A stretch of DNA of 31,390 nt from an uncultured Melioribacter sp. (lineage in GTDB: Bacteria; Bacteroidota; Ignavibacteria; Ignavibacteriales; Melioribacteraceae), in NCBI GenBank assembly GCA_964387835.1, contig CAYLYR010000001.1, positions 1 through 31,390 on the forward strand, in the 5' to 3' direction. Below the pieces are notes generated by a model. It saw only the letters and a list, made by a program, of their open reading frames with translations. It was not told the origin of the DNA and made no database searches. This document shows positions 1 through 8,192 of the stretch, piece after piece. Position numbers and translations under genes: made by a program. The number at the start of each line of letters is the position of its first letter. Positions within the stretch are counted from its first letter, which is position 1.

Positions 1-1
1 T

Positions 2-589
2 AGACCTGATTTAAAATTGAAGCATAGAAAAGAAGCGCGTGAAATATTAGGACTCTCGGAAAAGAGTAAATATATTTTCGTTGTTGGCGGAAGCTTGGGA
101 GCAAAAACAATTAATCAAGCTATTGCAAAAAATTTACAGAAGTTTAGTTCTTCGGGAGTAAAAGTTCTGTGGCAAACAGGTAAAGGTTACTTTGATAATT
201 ATAAAAAATACCAAAGCGAAAACGTTAGGGTCCTTGATTTTATTGAGGATGTTGCGCTTTATTATTCTGCGGCGGATTTAATAATTGCACGCGCCGGCGC
301 AACAACGATTGCGGAACTCTCTTATCTCGGTTTGCCGGCGGTTTTAATTCCGTCGCCTAATGTTGCAGCCGATCATCAATTTAAAAATGCGGAAGCGCTT
401 CGGAAAGTTGAGGCGGCGGAACTAATAAAAGATGAGTATGCCGAAGAAAAGTTATTTGATGTGGTTAATGAGCTTTTGGATGATAATGAAAAATTAGAAA
501 AACTGAGTAAGAATATTAAAAAATTTGCGAAACATGACGCAGCTGAAGTGATTGCCCGAAAAGCAATTTCTTATGCGACGCATTTATAA
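2..589 (+). CDS. murG: Undecaprenyl-PP-MurNAc-pentapeptide GlcNAc transferase MurG, C-terminal part (5' end outside window)
   Basis: Frame is open back to base 2. GT28 C-terminal motifs GGSLGA, ARAGATT, LIPSP..AADHQFKNA. Lies directly upstream of murC. Confidence 0.95.
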   Translation, partial: RPDLKLKHRKEAREILGLSEKSKYIFVVGGSLGAKTINQAIAKNLQKFSSSGVKVLWQTGKGYFDNYKKYQSENVRVLDFIEDVALYYSAADLIIARAGATTIAELSYLGLPAVLIPSPNVAADHQFKNAEALRKVEAAELIKDEYAEEKLFDVVNELLDDNEKLEKLSKNIKKFAKHDAAEVIARKAISYATHL

Positions 590-601
590 GGAACGATTAT
601 T

Positions 602-1981
602 ATGATGCAGAAATTTATTAAAAAAATACATTTTGTGGGAATCGGCGGGATAGGAATGAGCGGTTTGGCTGAAATCGTTTTAAGTCAAGGATTTGAAGTT
701 TCAGGCTCCGATTTGAATGAATCTGAAATTACAAAGCGGTTGGAAAGTTTAGGCGTAAAAGTTACACTCGGGCATAGCGCCGATAACGTCCAAGATGCGG
801 ATGTTCTTGTTTACAGTTCAGCTGTTACGGAAGATAATCCCGAACTCGTTGAAGCATACGAGAAGAAAATTCCGGTTATCAAACGCGCCGAACTCCTTGC
901 CGAGACAATGAGAATGAAGTACGGAATCGGTATTGCGGGAACTCACGGCAAAACCACTACAACCTCTATGGTTGGGCTGGTGCTGACCGAAGGGGAAGTT
1001 GATCCTACAATTATAGTCGGAGGAAAATTGAGCGGACTCGGCGGGACGAATGCACGCCTCGGGAAAGGTGAATATATTGTAGTTGAAGCTGATGAGTTCG
1101 ACAGAACCTTTTTGAAACTTACTCCTACGATTGCGGCGATAACAACGCTTGAAAAAGAGCATCTTGATATTTACAAAGACTTGGACGATTTAAAATCCGC
1201 ATTCATTGAGTTTGCCAATAAAGTTCCGTTTTACGGATTCGTAACTCTATGCCTCGATGAACCTGCATTGCAGGAAATAATTCCCATGATAAATAAAAAA
1301 ATTATTACTTACGGATTAAGTCCGCAGGCGGATGTTCGCGCGGAAAATATGCTGCACAGCGAATTTTTCTCAACGTTCACCGTAAACTATTTTGGAAAAC
1401 AACTCGGAGAAATAACTTTAAGAATTCCCGGCGTTCACAATATTAAAAATGCGCTTGTTGCCGTGGTGGTTGGTACTCAACTCGGAATACCTTTCGATAA
1501 AATTAAAACTGCCCTTGAGAAATTCGCCGGTGTTTACAGACGCTTTGAGACTAAGTATTCCAACGGCATTCTTGTAATTGATGATTATGCGCATCATCCG
1601 ACTGAAATTAACGCATCGTTAAGTGCAGTTAGAAATGGTTGGAAAAGAAGAGTTGTAGCTGTTTTTCAGCCGCATCTCTATTCGCGAACGAGAGATTTTT
1701 ATAAGGAATTCGGACGTGTATTTCTGAACTCCGACGTACTTGTCTGCACGGATGTTTATCCCGCAAGAGAAAAACCTATTGAAGGAGTAAGCGGCGAGCT
1801 TGTAGCCGAAGCGGCGCGAAAGTTCGGGCACAAAAACGTCTATTACGAACCTGACAAAACCAAATTGCCTGAAATGTTGAACGAAATTGTAAATGAAGGC
1901 GATATTGTATTAACAATGGGCGCCGGCGACATTTGGAAACTGGGAGAACAATTTATAGAACTATATAAGAGTAAAAAATAG
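602..1981 (+). CDS. murC: UDP-N-acetylmuramate--L-alanine ligase
   Basis: HFVGIGGIGMSGLA, GTHGKTTT P-loop, EADEFD, DDYAHHPTE, FQPHLYSRT, TMGAGDI. Confidence 0.97.
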   Translation: MMQKFIKKIHFVGIGGIGMSGLAEIVLSQGFEVSGSDLNESEITKRLESLGVKVTLGHSADNVQDADVLVYSSAVTEDNPELVEAYEKKIPVIKRAELLAETMRMKYGIGIAGTHGKTTTTSMVGLVLTEGEVDPTIIVGGKLSGLGGTNARLGKGEYIVVEADEFDRTFLKLTPTIAAITTLEKEHLDIYKDLDDLKSAFIEFANKVPFYGFVTLCLDEPALQEIIPMINKKIITYGLSPQADVRAENMLHSEFFSTFTVNYFGKQLGEITLRIPGVHNIKNALVAVVVGTQLGIPFDKIKTALEKFAGVYRRFETKYSNGILVIDDYAHHPTEINASLSAVRNGWKRRVVAVFQPHLYSRTRDFYKEFGRVFLNSDVLVCTDVYPAREKPIEGVSGELVAEAARKFGHKNVYYEPDKTKLPEMLNEIVNEGDIVLTMGAGDIWKLGEQFIELYKSKK

Positions 1982-1982
1982 A

Positions 1983-2750
1983 GTGAACAAGATCGGAAAA
2001 ATATTCGGAGTATTTTTCTTACTTGTAATGGTGGGAATAATTTTCTACTTGGCGGTTGATGTCGGAGCGGAGAAGCCGTATAATATTACACTAATTGAAC
2101 TGAACGGCTGTAGCTATTTACCGACGGAATATTATTTTAAGTACGCCGAGCTTGATAAAAAGGAAATTTATCCCGAACTGACTTTACCTGTTCTTAAATC
2201 AAGATTTGAAAAACATCCTTATATAAAAAGTGTAGATGTAATTTATAACGGTAACGGCAAAGTTGAAGTTGATATCACGGAAAAGTCTTTTAAAGCGGAG
2301 CTGTTTACCAATAACAAAAAATATATCGTTACTGATAATTTTGAATTGCTGCCGATACTTAAATATACGCAGCATCTCGTTTTGCCGATTATCACTCTTG
2401 ACAGAAAAAGCGATTACACAATGTTTCAATACGTTAAAAAGGATAAAGCGTTAATCCCGGCTTTTAAAACACTTGACGCATTAAAAATAATTAATCCTCA
2501 ACTCTATGATAATTTATCTGAAATTGTTTTGAACAGCGGGAACACAATTGATATCTATTTGGCAATAACCGATTTTCCCGTTCATATAGAAAAGGGAAAA
2601 GAAGTTGAGGATGTTTATTATTATAACAAATTGTGGAGCTACTTGGAAGACTCCAGGCTTAATGAAAATATTAGATATATCGATTTACGCTATTCGGGAA
2701 AAATCTTTTTGGGATTGGATGAAAGTAAGTTTGAAGGTAATAAATCATGA
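1983..2750 (+). CDS. ftsQ: Cell division protein FtsQ/DivIB
   Basis: GTG start, single N-terminal TM, POTRA-like segment (L..HPYIKSVDV), C-terminal YIDLRY, position between murC and ftsA. Confidence 0.85.
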   Translation: MNKIGKIFGVFFLLVMVGIIFYLAVDVGAEKPYNITLIELNGCSYLPTEYYFKYAELDKKEIYPELTLPVLKSRFEKHPYIKSVDVIYNGNGKVEVDITEKSFKAELFTNNKKYIVTDNFELLPILKYTQHLVLPIITLDRKSDYTMFQYVKKDKALIPAFKTLDALKIINPQLYDNLSEIVLNSGNTIDIYLAITDFPVHIEKGKEVEDVYYYNKLWSYLEDSRLNENIRYIDLRYSGKIFLGLDESKFEGNKS

Positions 2751-3982
2751 AGAAAAATATAATAGCCGGACTTGACATAGGGACAACCAAAGTTTGTGCA
2801 GTTATTGCACGAGAAGAGGATGGCAAAAAGATTGTAATCGGCGCCGGCGTGGTTCAGTCGGATGGTATGAATAACGGATTAATTTCAAATATCAATAAAA
2901 TGTCGGCTGCGATTAAAGAAGCGATTACGAAAGCATCGGAGCAAGCGGGAGTTAAAATCTCAAGTGTTAATATCGGAATTGCAGGGGAGCACATTAGAAG
3001 TTTACGGCATCGGAATTACATAACAATTTCAAATCCGGATGGCGAAGTAACGCAGGAAGATTTGGATAGATTAAAAGAGGATGTTCGCAAACTAAAGTCT
3101 TCCTCCGAGCTGCAGATTCTGCATATAATTCCGGAGCAATACTTCCTTGATGAAAAGGAGGTTGAAAGTCCGCTCGATATGGTGGGAACAAAGTTGGAAG
3201 CCGTTCATCACGTAGTGCTGGCTTCTATTCCTGCTATTGCAAATATTGAGCGGGCTGTTCAGAAAGCGGGATTTACCGTTAAAGATAGAATTCTTCAACC
3301 GTTAGCTTCAAGTATTTCGGTTCTTGAAGAGAATGAAAAGGAACTCGGCGTTGCCCTGATTGATATTGGCGGCGGTACAACCGATGTTGCAGTGTTCAAG
3401 AAGAAGGTTATTAAATTTTCCGGCGTTGTCGGCACTGCAGGGAATGCCGTTACGAATGCAATTATGGAAACCTTAAGCATTGTTAGCGATGAAGCGGAAA
3501 AGATTAAGAAGGAGTACGGCTACGCACATTCACAAGCAATTGTTAAGCCTGAATTAATTATGCTGCCCGCTGTGGGAGCCAGAAAGAATAGGAAAGTTGA
3601 TACAACTGTTTTGTGCCAGATTATAAATCCGCAAATGAAAAATATTTTTAAGATGATAAATCATCAATTGGAACAATCAAAGATTAAAGAAAAACTTTTA
3701 GCGGGAATAGTAATTACCGGCGGAGGCTCGATGCTGCGGGGAATTACAGAACTTGCCGAGGAAGTATTTGGGATTCCGGCAAAGATAGGATTGCCGTTGA
3801 ATATTGAATCCGAGATAGAAGATGAAATTGCAAAACCTGAATACGCTACCGCGCTTGGTTTAATACAGATTGGGGGAAGCGTGCAGGGAGAGCCGAACAA
3901 GCGGATAAAATTAGGAAGAACAAAAGAAAGCGCAATTAAAAAATTAGTAAATAAATTAGTTGAAATTTTTAACGAACTATAA
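2747..3982 (+). CDS. ftsA: Cell division protein FtsA
   Basis: GLDIGTTKV, IDIGGGTTDVAVF, GIVITGGGSMLRG, PEYATALGL; ATGA overlap with ftsQ. Confidence 0.96.
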   Translation: MKKNIIAGLDIGTTKVCAVIAREEDGKKIVIGAGVVQSDGMNNGLISNINKMSAAIKEAITKASEQAGVKISSVNIGIAGEHIRSLRHRNYITISNPDGEVTQEDLDRLKEDVRKLKSSSELQILHIIPEQYFLDEKEVESPLDMVGTKLEAVHHVVLASIPAIANIERAVQKAGFTVKDRILQPLASSISVLEENEKELGVALIDIGGGTTDVAVFKKKVIKFSGVVGTAGNAVTNAIMETLSIVSDEAEKIKKEYGYAHSQAIVKPELIMLPAVGARKNRKVDTTVLCQIINPQMKNIFKMINHQLEQSKIKEKLLAGIVITGGGSMLRGITELAEEVFGIPAKIGLPLNIESEIEDEIAKPEYATALGLIQIGGSVQGEPNKRIKLGRTKESAIKKLVNKLVEIFNEL

Positions 3983-3993
3983 ATGCCACAGCG

Positions 3994-3999
3994 AGGAGG
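3994..3999 (+). promoter_or_regulatory. Shine-Dalgarno AGGAGG for ftsZ
   Basis: AGGAGG 5 nt before ATG at 4005. Confidence 0.8.
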
Positions 4000-4004
4000 T
4001 TATT

Positions 4005-5273
4005 ATGACTCAAACAAAAAAACGTTTTTTTAGTTTAGCTCCCGAAGAAAGGGAAAAGAAAAAGTTAAACGCAAATTTGAAAGTTGTCGGAGTAGGCGGC
4101 GGCGGATGTAACGCAATTGATTACATGATAAAAAAAGGACTTGCGGGAGTTGAGTATATTGCCGTAAATACGGATGCCCAAGTGTTGGAAGCAAGTTTGG
4201 CGGATACCAAATTGCAAATCGGAGTTAATATAACGCGAGGTTTGGGCGCCGGCGCTGATCCTAATGTAGGACGAAAAGCAATAGAAGAAAACAGAGAAGA
4301 CTTAAAACAAATTCTTGAAGGGAGCGATATGGTTTTTATCACTGCCGGAATGGGCGGTGGAACCGGTACGGGAGCTGCGCCCGTAATTGCTGAGGAAGCC
4401 AAAAGTTTAGGCGCATTGGTTGTCGGCGTTGTAACCGAGCCTTTCGCTTGGGAAGGAAAGCAGCGTATGAATAATGCAAAAGAAGGAATTGCAGAGTTAA
4501 ATAAACACGTTGACAGCTTGATTGTAATCCCGAATAACAGATTACTGAATACGCTCGAAAACTCAACATCGGCTTTTGATGCTTTCTCAAAGCCCAACGA
4601 AGTGCTTCTTGAAGCTACTCAGGGAATTGCCGATATTATTACAATCCGCGGGATAATAAACGTTGATTTTGCGGATGTCAGACGAGTGATGAGTTTATCG
4701 GGAAAAGCCTTGATGGGACGTGGAACGGCAAGCGGCGAAAACCGTGCAATGGAAGCGGCGGAAAAAGCAATTTCATCTCCTTTGCTTGAAGGAATGAGCA
4801 TTACCGGCGCAAAGAAAGTGCTGATTAATATTACCGGATCATCAAATTTAACAATGAACGAAATAGAAACCGGAAATAATGTTATCATGAAAGCCGTGGG
4901 TGAAGAAGCCGATATAATCTTCGGCTGGGTTGTAAAAGAAGATATGGGGGAATTTGTTTCCTACACTGTAATTGCAACCGGATTTGAAACTAAAACGGTT
5001 AAACCGCCAATTATAGAAAAAACTGTGTCCCAAAGTAACGAAAAGGAGAAAGAGAATATTTCACAAGGAACATTATTTGATGATACGGATGATATTCCTG
5101 ATACGATACCCGAAATTTTCGGAGGTTTTACGGAAGAGGATTCATCTCTTGATAAAACTCTAAATGTAGGTTATCATCAGCATTTTAATTCTTTTGAAGA
5201 AGAAACAAAAGCGGAGAAGAAAAAGAAAAATAAAGGAGATAGTTCTTCTTTTTTGAGAATGATAATGGATTAG
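4005..5273 (+). CDS. ftsZ: Cell division protein FtsZ (start placed at ATG 4005, not 3960)
   Basis: VGVGGGGCNA, GAGADP, tubulin signature GGGTGTG, INVDFADV, acidic linker, C-terminal SFLRMIMD peptide. Confidence 0.98.
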   Translation: MTQTKKRFFSLAPEEREKKKLNANLKVVGVGGGGCNAIDYMIKKGLAGVEYIAVNTDAQVLEASLADTKLQIGVNITRGLGAGADPNVGRKAIEENREDLKQILEGSDMVFITAGMGGGTGTGAAPVIAEEAKSLGALVVGVVTEPFAWEGKQRMNNAKEGIAELNKHVDSLIVIPNNRLLNTLENSTSAFDAFSKPNEVLLEATQGIADIITIRGIINVDFADVRRVMSLSGKALMGRGTASGENRAMEAAEKAISSPLLEGMSITGAKKVLINITGSSNLTMNEIETGNNVIMKAVGEEADIIFGWVVKEDMGEFVSYTVIATGFETKTVKPPIIEKTVSQSNEKEKENISQGTLFDDTDDIPDTIPEIFGGFTEEDSSLDKTLNVGYHQHFNSFEEETKAEKKKKNKGDSSSFLRMIMD

Positions 5274-5301
5274 ACTGAGCTTTTTGTTTGGTCATAGTTT
5301 T

Positions 5302-5351
5302 TAGCCGTACTTTCCTCGTTGTGGCAAATGGGAAAGGAGTACGGCTATTTT
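5302..5351 (+). terminator. Probable intrinsic terminator of the dcw operon
   Basis: TAGCCGTAC-TTTCC (5302-5315) pairs with GGAAA-[GGA bulge]-GTACGGCTA (5331-5347), followed by TTTT. Confidence 0.6.
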
Positions 5352-5436
5352 CTAATCCGTTTTTTATTATCCTTTTTGAATTTATTGAAATATTTTATAA
5401 ATTAATATTCAACATGAATTCACTAAGCAGATATCA

Positions 5437-7422
5437 TTGAAGTTAATAATTACTATAGCGGTTTTTCTTGCGATTGTTACTCCGCAAAGAGAATTTTCTT
5501 CCCAGGACGATTCTCTTCTATCATCAATAAAGAATAAGTCCGAAACCGAACAACTAAAAATCTTATTAAAAAATACCTGGGCGCTTCGCACAAAGAACCC
5601 GATGTTAGCAATGAAGTATGGCAAAGATGCAATTAAAATTGCCCGCAAGAACAAGTTGTATTCGAAATTAGCCGAAGCAAATAGTTACGTTGGTGTTATT
5701 TACCGTAATATTAATAAGTATGATTCTTCGATTGTGTTTTATGAAAAATCATTAAAGTATGCTCGGATTGCCAACGACTCCACTCAGCTTGCTTATGCTT
5801 ATAATAATATCGGCGGTTACAACGGATACAAACACAGGTATTTTTTAGCTTTGGAAAATGTTTTTCATGCTAAAAAGATTTTCAAAAAAATTAATAACCT
5901 GCGAGGGGCGGCTTTTTGCGACATACAGGCAGGGCTATGGTTTACTATTCTCGGTGTTTATGATAAAGCGGAAAATTATCTTGTCGAAGCAATCCAGATT
6001 CGCCAGCATTTGAATGATGCGTTCGGAATAACGGTAGCCCAGTCTCTGCTTGCCGATTTGTATTACAAGAAAGGTCTGTATGATAAAGCAAAGAGCTTCT
6101 ATTTACTGACATTGAGGAAATACAAAAAGTTCGGAGACTTAAAAGGAATCGGAGCATCTTACGGGGGGCTTGGCGGTGTTGCTTTTTATCAATTCAGATA
6201 TGGAGAGGCGCTCGCTTATCGACTTAAATCCGTTGCTATCTTTAAGCGTCTTGATTATAAAATCGGACTTGTTCTTAATTATAACGGATTAGCCTTAATA
6301 TACGATGCTATTAATAAACATTTCCAATCCTTGGAGTATGAAAAAGATGCTATTTCAATAGCAGAATCAATTGATTATAAAGAGGGATTATTGCATGCTT
6401 ATAAAAATCTTATTGTTATTTATAAAAATTACGACTTAAACAAAGTATATGAATATGCAATTAAATTTGCTGATTTGCAGAGAGAGATATCTATTATGGA
6501 TATGAAAATTAGAGCCGATGAACTTTATAAAATGATAGCGGCGGACGAAATATCCGCAAAGAATCTTTTGTTATCAGCCGAATTAAAAAGATCAAGAGAA
6601 ATTATTTTCATGGGAGTTACAGTAGGAATCGTTTTAGCTTTTCTTTTTATTTTGCTTTATTTCGAAACTAGGAAAAGGAAGCAGAAGGAAAAGGAACTTC
6701 AAATTGCTCTTGATGAAAAAAATAAATTATTTAGTATTGTCGCTCACGATTTAAAAAATCCGTTTACATCAATTTTAGGTTATACGGATTTAGTTTTGTC
6801 GGAGTTTGACAGCTTTGAAAAAGAAGACTTAAAGAGCGCTTTCGCGAATATGAGAAGCTCTACTCAAAAATTACTAAACATGGTAGAAAATATTTTAACA
6901 TGGGCGCGTTCGCAATCGGGTAAAATAAAAGTTAACAAAGAAAAATATGATTTAAATTCACTGCTGCTTAATGTTGCATCCTATTACACACAGTCGGCTC
7001 AAGCTAAAGATTTGGATATCAAAATGCAATTCGAAGGAAAACCTATTTGTTACTGCGATAAAGATTTGTTCTCGACTGCGGTAAGAAATTTGTTTAATAA
7101 TTGTATTAAGTTCACTAATCCCGGAGATAAAATCATTGTTTCCACTCGATTAGATAAAGAGAAAGGAATAGTTAAGATAATAATTGCTGATACCGGAATC
7201 GGAATGACCGATGAGCAATTAAGAAAGGTGTGGGATGTAAATAAAGAATCGGGAGTTGGAACAATGGGAGAAAAAGGAACAAGTCTCGGATTGGTTTTGG
7301 TTAAAGAAGCGGTAGAACTAAACGGGGGAACGATTACTGTTGAGAGCGAGAAAAATGTTGGAACTGAGTTCGTTTTTACTGTTCCGATAATAAACGGCGC
7401 AAACGAGGAAGATAAAAAATAG
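5437..7422 (+). CDS. TPR-repeat sensor histidine kinase (signal peptide, periplasmic TPRs, one TM, HisKA, HATPase_c)
   Basis: TTG start with signal-peptide-like N-terminus; TPR-like AYAYNNIG and SYGGLGGV; TM IIFMGVTVGIVLAFLFILLYF; H-box AHDLKNPF; N-box NLFNNCIKF; G1 DTGIGM; G2 GTSLGL. Confidence 0.9.
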   Translation: MKLIITIAVFLAIVTPQREFSSQDDSLLSSIKNKSETEQLKILLKNTWALRTKNPMLAMKYGKDAIKIARKNKLYSKLAEANSYVGVIYRNINKYDSSIVFYEKSLKYARIANDSTQLAYAYNNIGGYNGYKHRYFLALENVFHAKKIFKKINNLRGAAFCDIQAGLWFTILGVYDKAENYLVEAIQIRQHLNDAFGITVAQSLLADLYYKKGLYDKAKSFYLLTLRKYKKFGDLKGIGASYGGLGGVAFYQFRYGEALAYRLKSVAIFKRLDYKIGLVLNYNGLALIYDAINKHFQSLEYEKDAISIAESIDYKEGLLHAYKNLIVIYKNYDLNKVYEYAIKFADLQREISIMDMKIRADELYKMIAADEISAKNLLLSAELKRSREIIFMGVTVGIVLAFLFILLYFETRKRKQKEKELQIALDEKNKLFSIVAHDLKNPFTSILGYTDLVLSEFDSFEKEDLKSAFANMRSSTQKLLNMVENILTWARSQSGKIKVNKEKYDLNSLLLNVASYYTQSAQAKDLDIKMQFEGKPICYCDKDLFSTAVRNLFNNCIKFTNPGDKIIVSTRLDKEKGIVKIIIADTGIGMTDEQLRKVWDVNKESGVGTMGEKGTSLGLVLVKEAVELNGGTITVESEKNVGTEFVFTVPIINGANEEDKK

Positions 7423-7580
7423 TTTTTGTTATTTCCTTTCTTTCGACTAAATGTCTGAACAATATTTTGATCTGTAAAAAACACCAATTCTAATGACCAA
7501 TTGACTTATTTTTCAGCGTTCGGCTCTCTTCCGTTAACCAATGGATTTATCTATTGGGCAAAAGTAGAGAAGAAAAAGCC

Positions 7581-7613
7581 AAACCTCGGAGGTTTGTCAA
7601 ACCTCCGAGGTTT
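7581..7613. repeat. 33-bp nested palindrome (REP-like)
   Basis: AAACCTCGGAGGTTTG-T-CAAACCTCCGAGGTTT has perfect 16-bp arms; each arm also folds on itself (AAACCT-3 nt-AGGTTT). Confidence 0.85.
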
Positions 7614-7646
7614 AAAAGTGAGAAATCTATAAGTGCATAAAAAGGA

Positions 7647-7679
7647 AGATTTCTCCCTTCACTTCGTTTTGGTAGAAAT
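7647..7679. repeat. REP-like half element, family A copy 1
   Basis: AGATTTCTCCCTTCACTTCGTTTTGGTAGAAAT, 29/33 identical to 7821-7853; its inverted partner GAGAAATCT is at 7620-7628. Confidence 0.7.
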
Positions 7680-7689
7680 TAAAATAATT

Positions 7690-7802
7690 CGTCATTGCGA
7701 GGAATCCGGCAAAGCCGGATGACGAAGCAATCTCCAAGATATTCGGCATTGGTTTTCTGTATTGGAGATTGCTTCAGCCGACAAGTCGGCTTCGCAATGA
7801 CG
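7690..7802. repeat. Cruciform REP-like element, family B copy 1 (GTCATTGCGA...TCGCAATGAC)
   Basis: Outer arms CGTCATTGCGA/TCGCAATGACG; inner arms GAAGCAATCTCCAA/TTGGAGATTGCTTC; side hairpins ATCCGGC-AAA-GCCGGAT and AGCCGAC-AA-GTCGGCT. Confidence 0.85.
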
Positions 7803-7820
7803 GTGTTTTTATTGTTTTTA

Positions 7821-7853
7821 AGATTTCTCCCTTCCCTTCGTTTCAGTCGAAAT
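7821..7853. repeat. REP-like half element, family A copy 2
   Basis: AGATTTCTCCCTTCCCTTCGTTTCAGTCGAAAT, direct repeat of 7647-7679. Confidence 0.7.
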
Positions 7854-7876
7854 AACAGCAAATTTCAGTAATTTCA

Positions 7877-7972
7877 TTATTGCGAATGAAGTGAAGCAAT
7901 CTCCCGAATATTCGGCGTAGGTTTTTCATACCGGTGATTGCTTCGCCTCCGCAAGCGGAGTCTCGCAATGAC
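7877..7972. repeat. Cruciform REP-like element, family B copy 2
   Basis: TTATTGCGA...GAAGCAATC...GATTGCTTC...CTCCGC-AA-GCGGAG...CTCGCAATGAC; the central spacer shares ATATTCGGC..T.GGTTTT with copy 1. Confidence 0.8.
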
Positions 7973-8192
7973 AGGATTCTTTCAACTTTTATCTTTTTAT
8001 TTGTGTCTTTTTTCTTTGAACTTCCTAACCTTTTACCCCTAAGCCTTTGCATCTATAGACTTTTGAGTCTCTTACCCTTTTCAATTTGTGAAAAGATTAA
8101 AATATTATTTAGCCGTCAATCGGAAAGTCGTTGTTCGATATTACTGAAGTTTGTAGTTTTAAAATCTATTAAAATTTTTTTCAAGGAGTATT

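Noticed and set aside
1982-1983. No murB or ddl between murC and ftsQ
   Set aside because: The order murG-murC-ftsQ-ftsA-ftsZ is ordinary in Bacteroidota-related lineages.
3960-4004. 15-aa N-terminal extension of FtsZ
   Set aside because: It overlaps the ftsA 3' end; AGGAGG supports ATG 4005.
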